Shown: positions 1 to 13,406, counted from the first letter of the stretch. The stretch is DNA of 64,000 nt from Carcharhinus amblyrhynchos (GCA_965287045.1 OZ336878.1:83514001-83578000); one strand, 5' to 3'. The notes: generated by a model from the sequence alone, not told the origin. Numbers and translations are program-made.

Positions 1-213
1 ATAGGAAGCAATTCATGAAATTCAAATATTTCAGATTCATCTTAGAATTCCTACAGTGCAGAAGGAGGCTGTTCAGCCCATAGAGCCTGCAATGATGACT
101 GATCCTACCCAGGCCCTATCCCTGTAACCCCATATATTGACACTGCTAATCTCCCATGTGGCTAATCTTAATCTAACCTATTTAGTTATCTTCCATGTGG
201 CTAATCTTAGCCA

Positions 214-811
214 TGATGTGGCGATGCTGGCGTTGGACTGGGGTAAACACAGTAAGAAGTCTCTCAACACCAGGTTAAAGTCCAACAGATTTATTTGGTA
301 GCAAACATCACTAGCTTTCGGAGCGCTACTCCTTTGTCAGGTGAGTGGGAGTTCTGGTCACAAACGGCATATGAACACACAAACTCAATTACAGAATAAT
401 GATTGGAATGTGAGGCTTTACAGCTAATCAAGTCTTAAAGGTACAGACACTGTGAGTAGAGCGAGCATTAAGCACAGGTTGAAGAAATGTGTATTGTTTC
501 CCCTCAGGACAGTAAGGACTTGCTTGAACTTGCAAAATGTCACTAACTGTCCTGTCTGGAGATAATACACATCTCTTTAACCTGTTCTTAATGCTCTCTC
601 CACACATTATCTGTACCTTTAAGACTTGATTAGCAGTAAAGACTCGCATTCTAATCAGTATTCTGTAAATTGAGTTTGTGCCTTTATATGCCCCGTTTGT
701 GAACAGAGATCCCACTCACCTGACGAAGGAGCAGCACTCCGAAAGCTAGCGGCGTTTGCTACCAAATAAACCTGTTGGACTTCAACCTGGTGTTGTGAGA
801 CTTCTCACTAT
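214..811. mobile_element. Penelope-like element remnant arranged as an inverted repeat (arms ~251-514 and ~544-809)
   Basis: Arms are reverse complements; sequence matches the pLTR/3' region of the GIY-YIG-bearing copy at 61027; flanking direct repeat gctaatctta(g/a)cca at 200-213 and 812-825. Confidence 0.85.
716..752 (+). ncRNA. Minimal hammerhead ribozyme motif in Penelope pLTR
   Basis: tcac-CTGACGA-A-GGAG-cagca-CTCC-GAAA-GC-TA-gcgg; core intact, stem I has a mismatch. Confidence 0.6.
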
Positions 812-2694
812 GCTAATCTTAACCACGTGGAAGGTAACCCAAATAGGTTGGATCAATATCAAATTATTATAACCTGATAAAAACCACATTGGCAAACCAA
901 GGCAATATTTAGTGATCCTAAATCATGCAGGCACCTGAAGGAAAGATTTTTGTACCCCACTACCTTCTTGATCTCCTCTCCCTGTTTAACATGTGTTTTT
1001 TAAAACCTGTATGTAAAGCCCCCTTGACCATATAAAGACCATTGCCCTAAAAAGATAGTTGATGACCAATTGTACCAAGAAACATTACCAATTGGGTCAT
1101 TTGACATCCTTCTGAATCCCACTTCGAATAAGGATACTGCAAAAACTGAAGGATTCACTGTGTTTCTGCTTCCTGCCCTGTGGAATATTTCCAACAGCTT
1201 TTGTTCGTATTTCAGATTTCCAGCATACACAGTGGTTTGCTTTTATACTTTTAGCTACTTGATGTCTTCTCCCATTTCATTACAAAATTAATCTGGAAGA
1301 ATGAAGCTGCAGGTTCCTTCATCAAAGCTGAGAAATTATGTAGAATCTGTGTCCCACCTACTGATCTGATAATCAGATCTCTTCCCATAATCATTCATGA
1401 AACAGAATGCTTTTGGGGAGGGAAAAGTGTGATTTGCATATAATGTGCACTTGAGATGAAGGTTGTAGTATATCGAGTTCATTTTTCATTAGCTTTTACA
1501 TTGGGTTTCTTCCATATCACGACAGTTCTTATTTGAGTAATCAAGCATTGTGCAAAAAGTTTGCATGTTTTTTCCTAGACATTAAAAGCATAACAATTGA
1601 AAAATCTTCTATTAGGATCTAGTAAACCATATAAAACAGTGCTGCTTTTTGAAACTATGTTCTTACCAAGGAACCTTTGATTGCTAAACAAGAAGAATTT
1701 AGGGCTTTACTCTCACTAATTAATTGTTCTAAAAAGGGTAGCAAGCTTTTAACTTATTCCGAATTTTAACCCTGAAATAAAATTCTGAAGGAAAAATTCT
1801 GGGTGATAATGTTACCACAGATAATATAGGTTATGGTTGGTGAGTATTGGAGGTGTATCATTCCAGAAGTGAGAATCCCACGGTGTACAGTTGCCTCAAA
1901 TTGTTGAATGGTATTGCATATAAAATCCAAGAGATGAATCTGGATTAACTGCAACTGAGCCCCCTCTGGACCAGCAGATTCCAACTGGTATACTGTGAAA
2001 TAAGATTCAAAATTATTCTTTAAAATATAAAACAAGCACCTTCAGCTCAATGTTTGTCATCTTGACGCAGGCTCAGTGGACCGAAGGGCCTCTTCTGCAC
2101 TGTAGATCTCCAAGTCCTGAGGGACACTGGGCCTTCCATGCATTGGCTGGCTGCATGGCTCAGATTTTTTTGTTTGCCAGGTGTACACTCATGGTCTTAA
2201 CTAACACTAAAATCTGAACTGCACATGTGGGGCTTATTCATGGGAGGCCCATGTTCCACAGGACTTGGAGGTGCTGATCATGGAGCTGAAGATGAAGATC
2301 AGTGCGACTGAGCAAAACTAAAACCTCAAAAGGATGTTAAAACCCTGGAAGAAGCAAGGGAGACAGAGAGGTCAAAAAAAAATAGAGGATGGGGAAAACT
2401 AAAATCACAAGTTCCCAGTAAGGGAAGAAAATAGGTAAATAAACATAGGAACTAATAAAATCAAGAAAAGAACAGACTGCTCTCAGAGAAAGGGCTGCAG
2501 GGAGCAGATCTTAAGTGATGCATGTTCGGGAGAAGCCACGTTAGTTAGAGACGCCAAAAGGATCCCTGAAGATCTGAGAAGGCAATTGAAAGTTGGCAAC
2601 TCTGCTGCATGTTGGGTCAAGAATACAGTTTCAGAGGAGCAATATTCAGTTTGACATGGCTGAAGAGCTGAAATTATGCTTGTAAAAGTTTATA

Positions 2695-2960
2695 AAGTTT
2701 ATTTTTTTATTAGTCACAAGTAGGCTTATATTAAAACTGCAATGAATTACTGTGAAATTCCCCTAGTTGCCACACTCCGGTGCCTGTTTGGGTCAATGCA
2801 CCTAACCAGCACGTCTTTCAGATCGAGAGGGGAAACCAGAGCACCCGGAGGAAACCCACGCAAACACAGGGAGAACGTGCAGACTCCACACAAACAGTGT
2901 GGGAATCTAACCTAGGCCCTTTGCGCTGAGGCAGCAGTGCTAACCACTGTGCCACCGTAC
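2695..2960 (-). mobile_element. tRNA-derived HE1/V-type SINE, alternative-tail subtype
   Basis: Reverse strand has ggtggcacagtggttagcactgctgcctcagc head, gggtttcctccgggtgctc core and ...aagcctacttgtgactaataaa tail. Confidence 0.8.
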
Positions 2961-3079
2961 CACATCATAGGTTGATGCTTGAGGGCATTTATTCTGTAGT
3001 GTAGTGTGTTTGACATGGATAAGTTCTTGAAGAGAAGTGAAAAGTACTCAGACAGTACAGCAGCTTCTGCTTGGCCTTT

Positions 3080-5068
3080 GGATTTTTGTGCCATGTTGAT
3101 GCCTCTTGCTCTGTCTTAGAATGCCTGATTTGCAGGGCAAAGTTCTCATGTACTGAAATGGTACCAAGTTGAATGACCATTTCAATGCAAAGCACTGTTC
3201 GAACTCCAAGGAAACACAGTATTTAAGTGCCTGAGAGAACAACATGTACAACAATATCAATATATGATGAAATGTGTGTGGTTTCAGATAATGCGCAGGA
3301 GATACGTTACCCAGTGGCTGTGGTCATAGCAAAATTCAACAAGCCACACACCATTGCTGAAACAGTAATTTTGTTGGCATGCAGAAGTATTGTAACGGTA
3401 ATGTTGGGACCTGTTGCTACCAGAGAAGTTGACAAAGTTCCTCTTTCTGATAGTACAATCCATCAGCATATTGATGAATATTGAATTGGTGCTTCCAGAG
3501 AAATTTACACATTAATGGCCAATTTGCCCTGCAGATTGATGACTCCACAAATGCTGCTGGACTCAGCCAGCTCTTAGCCAACGTCAGATGTTTGATGGGG
3601 ATTCTATCAGAGAATTCCTTCTGTTGAAAAGAATTGCCTGGCCATGCAACCTGAGAGGAAACCTTTTGTATCACGACTGCGTATGAGGAGGCAAATGATC
3701 TTAACTTCACCAAATGCAACAGTATCTGCACTAACAGAGCAGTTTCCATGACCAGAAAAGTCAAAGGATTCATGATTAAGATGACAGAATAGAATCCTGA
3801 CATCCAGGTCAGCCGCTCTGTCCTGTATCATGAAGCTCTTGTTGCCAAAACAATGCCTTCTGAGCAGTATTAGACCGAACAGTGAAAATCTTGGATTATG
3901 TGAAGTCATGTCCATTGAAATCAAACTTGCTTTCTATTTTGTGCAGAGATGGGAGCCAAGTACCAGGGTTTACTCATGCACACAAAAGTGCAATGGTTAT
4001 CTTGGAGAAAGGTCCTTTCTTGTGTTTATGAGCACCATAATATGCCCAAAGAGTTTTTAGCTTTCCATGAATTGCCACACAAAGATTTAATATGTAATAA
4101 TTCTTCGTGTGCCAAACTTGCATATCATTCTGATATATTCATCCATCTGAATGAGCTAATTGCTAAAATGCAGGGGGAGAAAACAATAACATTCTGACTG
4201 ACACAAAAATTTCAAAGTTTCAAATCAAAACTGGCCCTTTGGCAGGAAAATGTGGCAAGTGGGTTGATTGAGATGTTCAAGCTGACACCAGCGAATCTTG
4301 CTGGTAAAATAATACTCAACTCTCATCTCCACACAATGCTACAAGAGAAGTTTGATTGCTACTTTTCCTCGAGTATAGAAGATTTTGACTTGGTGCATGA
4401 CCCATTTATTTCACTTTTTCTTGAATGATCAAAGACATTGTCTATAAAAGAACAAAAGGAATTGCAGAGCTCAGGTTGGATCGTACACTGATGTTGCAGA
4501 GATCCTCTGAACACATTTTTGATTGGAGGTCAGGAATACCATCTGTTTCAGATCGCGCCACAGTATCATTCTTATGTTTCCTGCAAATGTCGGTGTGAGT
4601 TGGCATTCTCAATACTGGCTTGCGTTAAAAAAGAGTATGTGTGTCTGTTGGTGGGGCAAGACCTGTGAGTTGCCCTGTCACCAGTCCATCTGCAGATGAA
4701 ATGACACTTCACAGAGGCAGGCCCAAATGTTCCTTTATCATTGTCGGTAAGATGCTGCTCACAGTAGAAAAACTGAAAACAATTGAAATCTTTGATGGAA
4801 AACATGATTTAAATGTTCACAATTTAAACATATTGGACTAATTGTGAATATTTAAACCATATGCAACTATTGATGAGGCTTTCATTGTAAGCTGCTTAAA
4901 CTAATGAAAATTGTATTAAATGATTTTTTTGATGTTGTTTCAGGAGGTTTTAAAGATAAAAGACTTTTTCTAGAGGGCAGCTTAGTTGGAAAAATTAGGA
5001 GGTGTGCCTCAGATTTCTTTTATGGTATAAAACTGTGGCATGGCACTCGCAAGGTTGGGACCCCACTG
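3080..5068 (+). mobile_element. Decayed hAT (Buster/Charlie, ZBED5-like) DNA transposon; transposase pseudogene ~3110-4710
   Basis: BED finger ECLICRAKFS...HFNAKH; IAKFNKPHTIAE; KVPLSDSTI; FALQIDDST; LLMHTKVQWLSWRKVL; LAYHSDIFIHLNEL; many stops and frameshifts; right TIR-like ggttgggaccccactg ends at 5068, followed by an NNNTANNN 8-mer (agttagag); left end not located. Confidence 0.88.
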
Positions 5069-5369
5069 AGTTAGAGGGTAGGAGAGATATGGGATTTGTT
5101 CGATCTTGAGTTAGCAGCGTCACATGAATCTCAATTGAATGTGATAATGGAGATGGTTTGCAGAATCCAAAGGCGGCACTTGTGAGGGACAGATGAAGGG
5201 GATGGGGGAGAACGAGGGGAATTTGTGTTCTTCTTTCTTGGAATGTGGGTATAACTGGCAAAGCTTGTAATTAAGATAATGTTTTTGAATTTCAGAACTT
5301 ATTAAATTATTGTTGCTAAATGCAGGCCACGTTCATCATCTAGGAAATTTGTCCTAGTTTTGAAGTAAT

Positions 5370-5710
5370 GTAGGGGCAGGAATAGGTCATTTGGTCTGTC
5401 GAGTCTGCTTGGGTATTTAAACAGACCATGTCTGATCGTCTACCTCTGGACCAGTTCTCCCTGTTATCCCCATGTCATTAGAATCCAGAAATCTATTGAT
5501 TCCTGTCTTGAGCATGTTAAGTGACTGAGCTTCCACAGCCCCCTGGTGTAGAGAATTCCAAAGATTCACCACACTGAGTAAAGAAATCCCTTCTCATCCC
5601 TGTCTTAAATGACCTGACCCTTATTCTGAGACTGTCCCCTGGTTCTAGCTTCATCAACCAGGGGACACATTCTATTTACATCTACTGTGTCACACTGTGA
5701 AAGAATTTTG
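5370..5710 (-). mobile_element. Old CR1 LINE 3' fragment
   Basis: agagaattccaaagattcaccac... (antisense of FFTQ.VVNLWNSL) plus CR1 3' UTR-like tail. Confidence 0.7.
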
Positions 5711-7335
5711 TCAGATCGTTCAGTGAGTCTGTGTTCCATGTGCTGATAAAGTGCACTAAAATGATGGCCAGCGTCAGCATTTAGCACTAATTAATTCAGT
5801 GTTATGGGTACGAGGCAAGTTAAATTTGAGTGCTCTGTTTAACAGTTTGAAGGAATCAATGAAGTACTCCAGTCCTGCTGGACATTTATTTTTAAGTTGC
5901 TCCAAATGTGAGTATTCTTTAACTTTATCAGGCAGTATTGTTTAATGGTTATAATAATCCCATTTGCACATTTACAGCTTTTTGAGATATGCCAAGACGA
6001 TCTATGTTATGAATGAATTACCCATTGCTTGCTTGCCAGTGCATTCCCAGTACAACTGCAACCCAAGGTTCTTCCTGCAGTGCCTCAAATCTTTACATTA
6101 CAACTCAGAATTACTCATCTATCACAGCCTCCGCTACTACTTCCAGATCTTGGAACACGTCCCTCCTGCATCTTTCCTCCCTTGCACATGCACACAAACA
6201 CTACGCTCACCTTGCACATGATGACATTTATTGTCTAGTTCTTTAACATGTCAAGTGGTGATTTTATATGCGATTCATGGAATTCCTTGGATCATGAGGC
6301 TATGTGAAGTCAGCCATTGAACGGAATCCATCACAATTGCCGAACCTTTGGCTCTATGCATGAGATCTATTTGAACCATTAACGAGTGTGAGGGCATGAC
6401 TTTTGTGTGAAAGAGGTTACCAGTTTCCAGCTCTCTTTAAAGAAATATTTTCCAGGTCTTTGATTTTGTGAAGCACAGTCATTTTTTTGATCCATGAGGT
6501 TTGTATGAAACACTGCAGGATGTTGTGCTGAAATACCTAGTTCAGGAAAATCTCATTATAGAAGTACATTGAAGAAGTTTGGAATGGAGAGGTTGTTTTA
6601 AGGAGAGGTGTCCTTGAGTAACCAGTGTGTGAAAACTGTGCTCACCTTCAGAATATATTTTTTATTTTCTCCAAATTGATATTTTTCTAATCTGCTTTGT
6701 AAATAAAACTCAATGAAGATCCTGATAATTTGGGTCAGGGAGAGAGACTGCAATTCTGTCACAAATTATTATTATTATTAACCCCCACCCCCCACGGTTA
6801 AGTGAGCACAATTTTGCCTATTTTTCGAAGAATTATACTGTCAATAGGAGTATACTGTCAAATACAAGAAGGCACTAATATCATCTGCCTTGGCATGGCA
6901 AACCGCTTAGTAAGTTTTGAGTAGTATGCTAAGAGAGTCCTATTTGCTTGATTCCTTGGAGCTCAGGAGGACTGTTACAATCCCCAAGCTTGGCCAAGTT
7001 GCTCAATAGCAATTGAGCGGGGAGGGTTTAAAAAAAATTGCAGAGTGAAGCTGCCAGTTTTTACAAGTATCACTGCGTCACCAAACTTGCAGAGAAAATC
7101 CTGTCAAAGTCATTGATTAACTGTACTTGGCCTATTTACATGCAGTGCTGGTAGCAATGCTGCAATATTGTAGGACACATGAATTGCACAAGAAGGAGAC
7201 TCTTGCCTGAATTTTATACGTGAGTGAGGAGCTAAAATGTATGAATTACACATTGAGAAACAAGGTTAATGTCTGTACAAATAAATGTTGGCAGACTGCT
7301 GACTCTATCTCCCTCACTGCTTGCATGTCCATCAG

Positions 7336-7532
7336 GTTTCTTACTAAGCGAGAGCAGAAACTAATGCATCGGCGACGATATGCAGAGGAGCTGCTCGAGT
7401 GGAAAAGACGGCTCGATGCTGAGGAAGCTGAGATACGACGAATGGAAAAGCAGGCCCTGGCTGCTTGGGACAAGGAGCTCAAACAAAAAGTAGCAAAGGA
7501 AGAGGCTAGTGAAGGAAGCCCAGGATCTAAAG
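7336..7532 (+). CDS. CEP350: CEP350 coding exon (first in window; coiled-coil region)
   Basis: atcag|G acceptor, AAAG|gtaaat donor; encodes FLTKREQKLMHRRRYAEELLEWKRRLDAEEAEIRRMEKQALAAWDKEL, recognised as conserved CEP350/CAP350 sequence; phase 2 in, phase 1 out. Confidence 0.93.
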
Positions 7533-7968
7533 GTAAATTTTGGATTCTGTTTCTGATTCCATTTCTTTTCTTATTTTTCCAACACTTGTCTCTCCCTTTG
7601 AGTCACTAAGATATGGGCTGTGGTGTGGACTGTTTCCAAGTTGCTATTTCTTTGGTGTTGTTGGGCTCTTTGACTGTGATAACATGTTTCAGGCTGATGT
7701 ACAATCTTATCTTGTCAGTCTGGATTGCTGGATAGGAAGCAAGGGTGTAAACCCGACCCTTTTTTGGTCTCTAATTCAGGAAATCTGATTTATCTAGCCT
7801 CAGCTGTGATCTGGTAATCCAGCCAGATATTGATTGCAACTCAGACCTCCCTACACTATGTCCCAGCAGCACATTATAGTGCAGTTTCCCACAATCTCTT
7901 AAGGGAGGCTGTAGTTTCAGATTTTGCTTCCTTTTGCTCTCTTGTTGGAGTTGAGCAGCAGCAGATGT

Positions 7969-8464
7969 TAGAACATAGAACACTACAGCACAAACAGGCC
8001 CTTCGGCCCACGAGTTGCGCCGATCACATCAACACCTACCAATCTATAGACCTATCTATAACCCCCAATCCCATTAAACCCCATATACTCATCCAGAAGT
8101 CTTTTAAAAGACCCCAGCAAGTTCGCCTCCACCACCACTGACGGCAGCTGATTCCATTCACTCACCACCCTCTGAGTGAAAAACTTACCCCTAACATCAC
8201 TTCTGTACTTTCCTCCCCGCACCTTAAATCTGTGTCCTCTCGTAGCGACCATTTCAACCCGGGGAAATAGCCTCTGAGAATCCACCCTATCTATTCCTCT
8301 CAACATTTTATAAACTTCTATCAGGTCGCCTCTCAACCTTCGTCTCTCCAGGGAGAAGAGTCCCAGCTCCCTCAACCTAACTTCATAAGGCATGCCTCCC
8401 AGTCCAGGCAACATCCTTGTAAATCTCCTCTGTACCCTTTCAATAGCTTCTACGTCTTTCCTGT
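7969..8464 (-). mobile_element. CR1/HER1-type LINE, 5'-truncated
   Basis: ORF 8052..8414 MLPGL...LGLFSLERRRLRGDLIEVYK...FFTQRVV; (tagaaca)n tail. Confidence 0.92.
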
Positions 8465-8874
8465 TGTAATGTTGTAATCAATGTGGATGTTGTTTTTATA
8501 AACCTCACATGGCAAATGTTAACACTAGAGGAAAAATCACTTGTGTAATATTGGTAACTCATTTCATTGTTCCCACAATCAGTGACAGCATTAGACTATG
8601 ACACCAATATTGCATACTCGTGTTGCACAGATGGAATGTTTTGACCAATAACGAAGTTGTCTAATGCGATCTGAATTAACATAAGGTGATTTTAGTGAGT
8701 GTGCACATTCAGCTTGTTCTGGGCAACAGTTCCTAACCTCATCTTATCTTATGTTAGTACTATATGCCTCTGAAATGTAGAATACTTTGAAAGGAGGATA
8801 GAGCTGAAAAGCCATCATACTGAATGGTGCATCCTCTGCAATACAAGTGTTTTAACTAGTGTTTTTCTCTCTAG

Positions 8875-9083
8875 ACACAGCCAGCGACGAAGAATGCCCT
8901 GCACCATCTTGCTCCCAGCCCCACAGTGACAGTTCTATTCCAGAAGAGATTGGAAGTCCACCTGCGCAGACGGTGGAGTCAGCATCAGTAGTCCTTCGGA
9001 TGTCTAGCAGTCCTGACCATAGTGTTTTCACAGATGATGGTTATTCCCAGGAGTTTGAATCTGTGGCAACACTCAGCAAACAG
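8875..9083 (+). CDS. CEP350: CEP350 coding exon (Ser/Pro-rich)
   Basis: Pyrimidine tract plus ctag| acceptor, CAG|gttaaa donor; encodes DTASDEECPAPSCSQPHSDSSIPEEIGSP...; phase 1 in matches previous exon, phase 0 out. Confidence 0.88.
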
Positions 9084-9699
9084 GTTAAAAGATATTTCAT
9101 GTGTTTTTTTTCATAAGATGTTTCCCAAATGGTCTAGTGAGTAAAGACACTGCTCAATGTTGCACAGGGCCATTTGGAATAGAAAACCCTTGGCTTCACC
9201 CACAGTCTTTCCCAAGTTAGTGGATCATAGTAGCTGAGGTTTGGCAATTAATCTGTTACCTCTGGGCTAGAAAAGAGTTGAAAAGGCGAGAGGAATTCAA
9301 CCTTCATTTATGCTGTTTATTGCTATCTTGATATTTCTGCTCATTTGTGTGCATTTATCCTAAGGTCTACTCTCTGAGATCATGACCATGTAGATTAGAT
9401 ATCAGGGACAAGTTCTCTGCGCCTTGGCAAAACTGGGTGCCTTCAGGAAGGAAATTTAAAAGGTTGTTTCTTGCCAGCTCTTGATGAGACACAGGGATCC
9501 TGAAGGAGTTGGAAGAGAAAGTGCAGGGAATCTCTTACGTATGGGTGTGTACCAGACGACTGTGAATGGCCAGTATTGAAGTCACTTTAAAAAGAAAGCA
9601 AAAGTTCTGATTTGGCTAATTATTAGGCCAGAAACATCTGCATTTTGGAAAATCATAAAATTTTCAAATAGCAATTAAATTGTTGCATATCTGGTAAGA

Positions 9700-9810
9700 A
9701 TGCATATTGCCACCCTTGTAACATCACCCGTCTCTGCCCCACTTCTTTTGCTGTTGAAACCCTCATTCGGGCTTTTGTTACCTCCAGACCTGACTTAACA
9801 CGCTTTTTGT
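9700..9810 (+). mobile_element. L2 LINE fragment
   Basis: gaaaccctcattcgggcttttgttacctccagacctgac resembles the L2 ORF2 motif ETLIHAFVTSRLD; similar pieces at ~14290-14500 and 18320-18930. Confidence 0.6.
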
Positions 9811-10607
9811 TATATTCTAAAAAGCTAGTTTATGGAACCAATTTTTGACAGAATTATGCACTATAGACATCTGCCTCCAACAATCACAGATATAGTTTGT
9901 GTCTATTTATAATAGTGACTAGTTAATGTCCACTACTATTCATAGAATCATAGAATCCCTGCAGTGCAGAAGGGGGTTATTATTTGGCCCATCGAGTCTG
10001 CACCAACAATAATCCCACCCAGACCCTATTCCCATAACCCCACGTATTTACCTTGCTAATCCCTTTAACCAAGGTATCCTATTAGCCTACGTATGTTGTT
10101 AAACAAATTAACTTTCAATGGTTGGCTTTCCACATTTGATTCTTTGTAAACTTGAGGTCATCCAAAATTCTTGTGCCTGTGCAGTAACTTGCAACAAGTG
10201 ATGTTCACCCATTATCTTTGTGCTTCCTGACCTACTATAACACTCCACAGATGCTGCCTGATCTGCTGAGTGTTTCCAGTATTTTTTGTCTTTTATTTAA
10301 GATTACCAGCATCTGCAGTATTTTCCTTTGGATTCTACCTGCCACTTTTTAACCCATTCCTTCATTTTGTCTATCTTTCCAGCTTCTTTTGGTCTTCTCT
10401 AGATACCTCCTATTTTTGTATGATCTGCACATTTTGACATTTCACTCTCCAGGTTGACATCCAAATCATTGACAGACCATGAATAAAAGTGGCCCCAGAA
10501 CAGAATCCTCTCGGATGTCACTGCCCACCTCAATTACTCTAGAAAACTGCCCTTAACTCACTCCTACACTCTTTTTCCTCCTTTGAATCAATCTATCAAT
10601 CAGTCTT

Positions 10608-11305
10608 GAACATAAGAACATAACGTAAGAAATAGGAGCAGGAGTAGGCCATCTAGCCCTTCGAGCCTGCCCCGCCATTCAATAAGATCATGGCTGATCT
10701 GTCGTGGCTCAGTTCCACTTGCCCGCCCTCTCCCCATAACCCTTAATCCCCTCTCTTACCAAAAACCCATCAACCCGCTTCCTAAAAATATTTAGCGAGG
10801 CAGCCTCCACCACTTCAACGGGCAGAGAATTCCAGAGATTCACCACCCTTTGAGTGAAGAAGTTCCTCCTCAACTCCGTTCTAAACCGCCTCCCCTTTAT
10901 CTTGAGGCTGTGCCCCCTAGTCCTACTGTCTTTTTTGAGCGGGAAGAGTCTCTCCACCTCTATCCTATCCATCCCATTCATCATCTTATACGTCTCAATG
11001 AGATCTCCCCTCATTCTTCTAAACTCTAACGAGTACAAGCCTAGTTTATTCAGCCTCTCCTCATAGCTCAACCCCCTCAACTCCGGTATCAGCCTAGTAA
11101 ACCTCCTCTGCACTCCCTCCAAGGCCAAAATATCCTTGCGCAGGTGCGGCGCCCAAAACTGCATCCAGTACTCCAGCTGCGGCCTCACCAATGCCCTATA
11201 CAGCTGCAGCAAGACCTCCCTACTTTTATATTCAATCCCCCTCGCTATGAAGGCCAGCATCCCATTCGCCTTCCTGACCACCTGCTGCACCTGCAAGCTG
11301 GGTTT
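10608..11305 (-). mobile_element. Young CR1 LINE, 5'-truncated
   Basis: ORF 10709..11359 C-terminal RT region, nearly identical to 36397-38258; (acataaga)n tail. Confidence 0.95.
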
Positions 11306-11749
11306 GACATTTTCATTTGACACCCTCACTCCAACTACCACTGCCATAGCATTTAGCATTTATGTGAAGAACTGTCTCCTAATTTTCCTCCTGAATAGCC
11401 AGCTCTAATTGTGAAACTATGCCTCTTGTTATGGATTCTCCCAGAAGAGGAAATAATTTCTCTGCATCCACTCTGTGTTATCGCTTTGTTTTATTTCAAA
11501 TACATTGGTTAGAATACCCATGAGTCTCCTAAACTTAAAGGACTGTAAACCTGGTGTGTGCAACCTGTTCACATATTTTAATCCTTTAAGCATTGTATCA
11601 TTCTGGTCAATCTGATTTGTAACCACTTCAAATCCAATCTCAGGAGGTATAGAATTTAAAAGTCAAAAGATAATGATGAGATTACTTAAACCTAGAGACC
11701 TCAGTTAGATTGATGGTTTGCAGTCTTGGGCTGTACATTTTAGAAACAC

Positions 11750-12040
11750 CTGGGGAGATGGTAACTTAGTTGTAATGTCATTGGACTATTGATCCAAGAG
11801 CCCAGGGTAATTCTGTGCGGTCATGGGTTCAAATCATCTTGTGGAATTAAGATTTAATTAATAAAAATCAAAATCTGGAATTGAAAATTGGTCTGTGATG
11901 GTGACCATGAAACCATGGTGATTATCATGAAACTATTATGAAACTATCACTGATTGATGTAAGAACCCATTTGGTTCACCAATATCCTTAGTGGAAGGAA
12001 ATCTGCTATCCTTACCTGGTTTGCTCTACATATGACTGGG
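11750..12040 (+). mobile_element. tRNA-derived SINE of a second family (possibly Meta-domain type); related copy at ~41625-41900
   Basis: A/B-box-like head (gggttcaaatc) and ggttcac.aat.tcctt.g.gaaggaa.tctgc..ccttacc core shared between the two copies. Confidence 0.55.
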
Positions 12041-12794
12041 TGAGGAATTCACTGTCAGAATTCGTGATTGTGACAATCAGAATGAGATTGGATCAAGGGA
12101 TAAAGGAAGTGGGAATGTGGTATTATGGGAACAGTGAGTAAATTAAAGGAAAGACAGACTTAAGTTTATATTGTACTTTTTGCGTCTTGAGGATATCACA
12201 AAGCATTTTACAGCCAGTAAAGAACTGTATAATTTGTGATGAGGACTTGATGCAGGGTAAATGCTGATGGAATCTCAGAATTGTTACAACTCATTGTCCC
12301 TTTATGCCATTTTCCCATAAGTCTGCACACTCTTCCTTTTATGATAACCCTTCCCCCACCACACTGTCAGGCAGTGCATTCTATACTGTAATAACTCATT
12401 GTGTGAAACTATATAGTGTTTTATTGTGTCTCCTGTTAGGAACAAGAGGAAGCCATTTAATTCCTCAAGGTGTTCTGTCATTCATTGTGATCATGGCTAA
12501 TCACAAACGTATACCTTTCTTTTCCCCATATCTCTTGATATTTTTAGTGAGCAAAGAACTATCAATCTTGGGTTTGAACTGAACATTTCATCTGGTACTA
12601 ACCGCTGGTTGGGAAAGTGTTTCAAACTTCTACCACCCTTTGTGTTTAGAGGTGTTTCCTACTTCTAAAAAGGTCTGGTTCTAAATTTTAGATGACATCC
12701 CCTGGCCAATCTCTACCTGCCCAATATATTCCTTGACGCTCACTGTGGGCTAAATGGCCTATTTTAATATTATGACTTTTTTTTAAGTGTATTT

Positions 12795-13290
12795 AGAAAG
12801 GCACTGGAGGGGGCACAGAGGAGATTCACCAGGTTGATTCTGGAGTTGAGAGGGTTGGCTGATGAGGAGAGACTGAGTAGACTGGGGCTATATTCATTGG
12901 AGTTCAGAAGAATAAAGCGGGGGGGATCTTATAGAAACATATAATTATGAAGGGAATAGATATGATAATTTCACTGATGGGTGAAATTAGAACTAGGGGG
13001 CATAGCCTCAGAGTAAGGGGAAGCAGATTTAGAACTAAGTTGAGGAGGAACTTCACCCAAAGGGTTATTAATCTGTGGAATTCCCTGACCAGTGAAGCAG
13101 TTGAAGCTACCTCACTGTTTTTAAGGCAAAGATAGATATATTTTTGAACAATAAAGGAATTGAAGGTTAGAGTGAGCAGGCGGGTAAGTGGAGCTGAGCC
13201 CACGAAAAGATCACCATGATCTTATTGAATGGTGGAGCAGGTTCGAGGGCCAAATGGCTTATTCCTGCTCCTACTACTTATATTCTTATT
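12795..13290 (+). mobile_element. CR1 LINE 3' part, sense orientation, degenerate
   Basis: ALEG.QRRFTRLILELRGL...RTRGHSLRVRGSRFRTKLRRNFTQRVINLWNSL and CR1 3' tail. Confidence 0.88.
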
Positions 13291-13406
13291 TCAATCCCTC
13301 AATTCTATACAAACTACTTCTCACTAGAGGCAGACAAGTGACTGTTATTTCTAATTCTCTACCTCTGTTAAAGACTGCATCGCAGACCAGAAAGCTAGCT
13401 TTGTAA

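Noticed and set aside
2543-2550. agttagag as the left TSD of the hAT element
   Set aside because: It matches the 8-mer at 5069-5076 but is not followed by a TIR-like cagtgg...; probably coincidence
1-7335. Additional upstream CEP350 exons
   Set aside because: No segment with splice sites and recognisable CEP350 sequence found; short ORFs here are repeat-derived or unsupported
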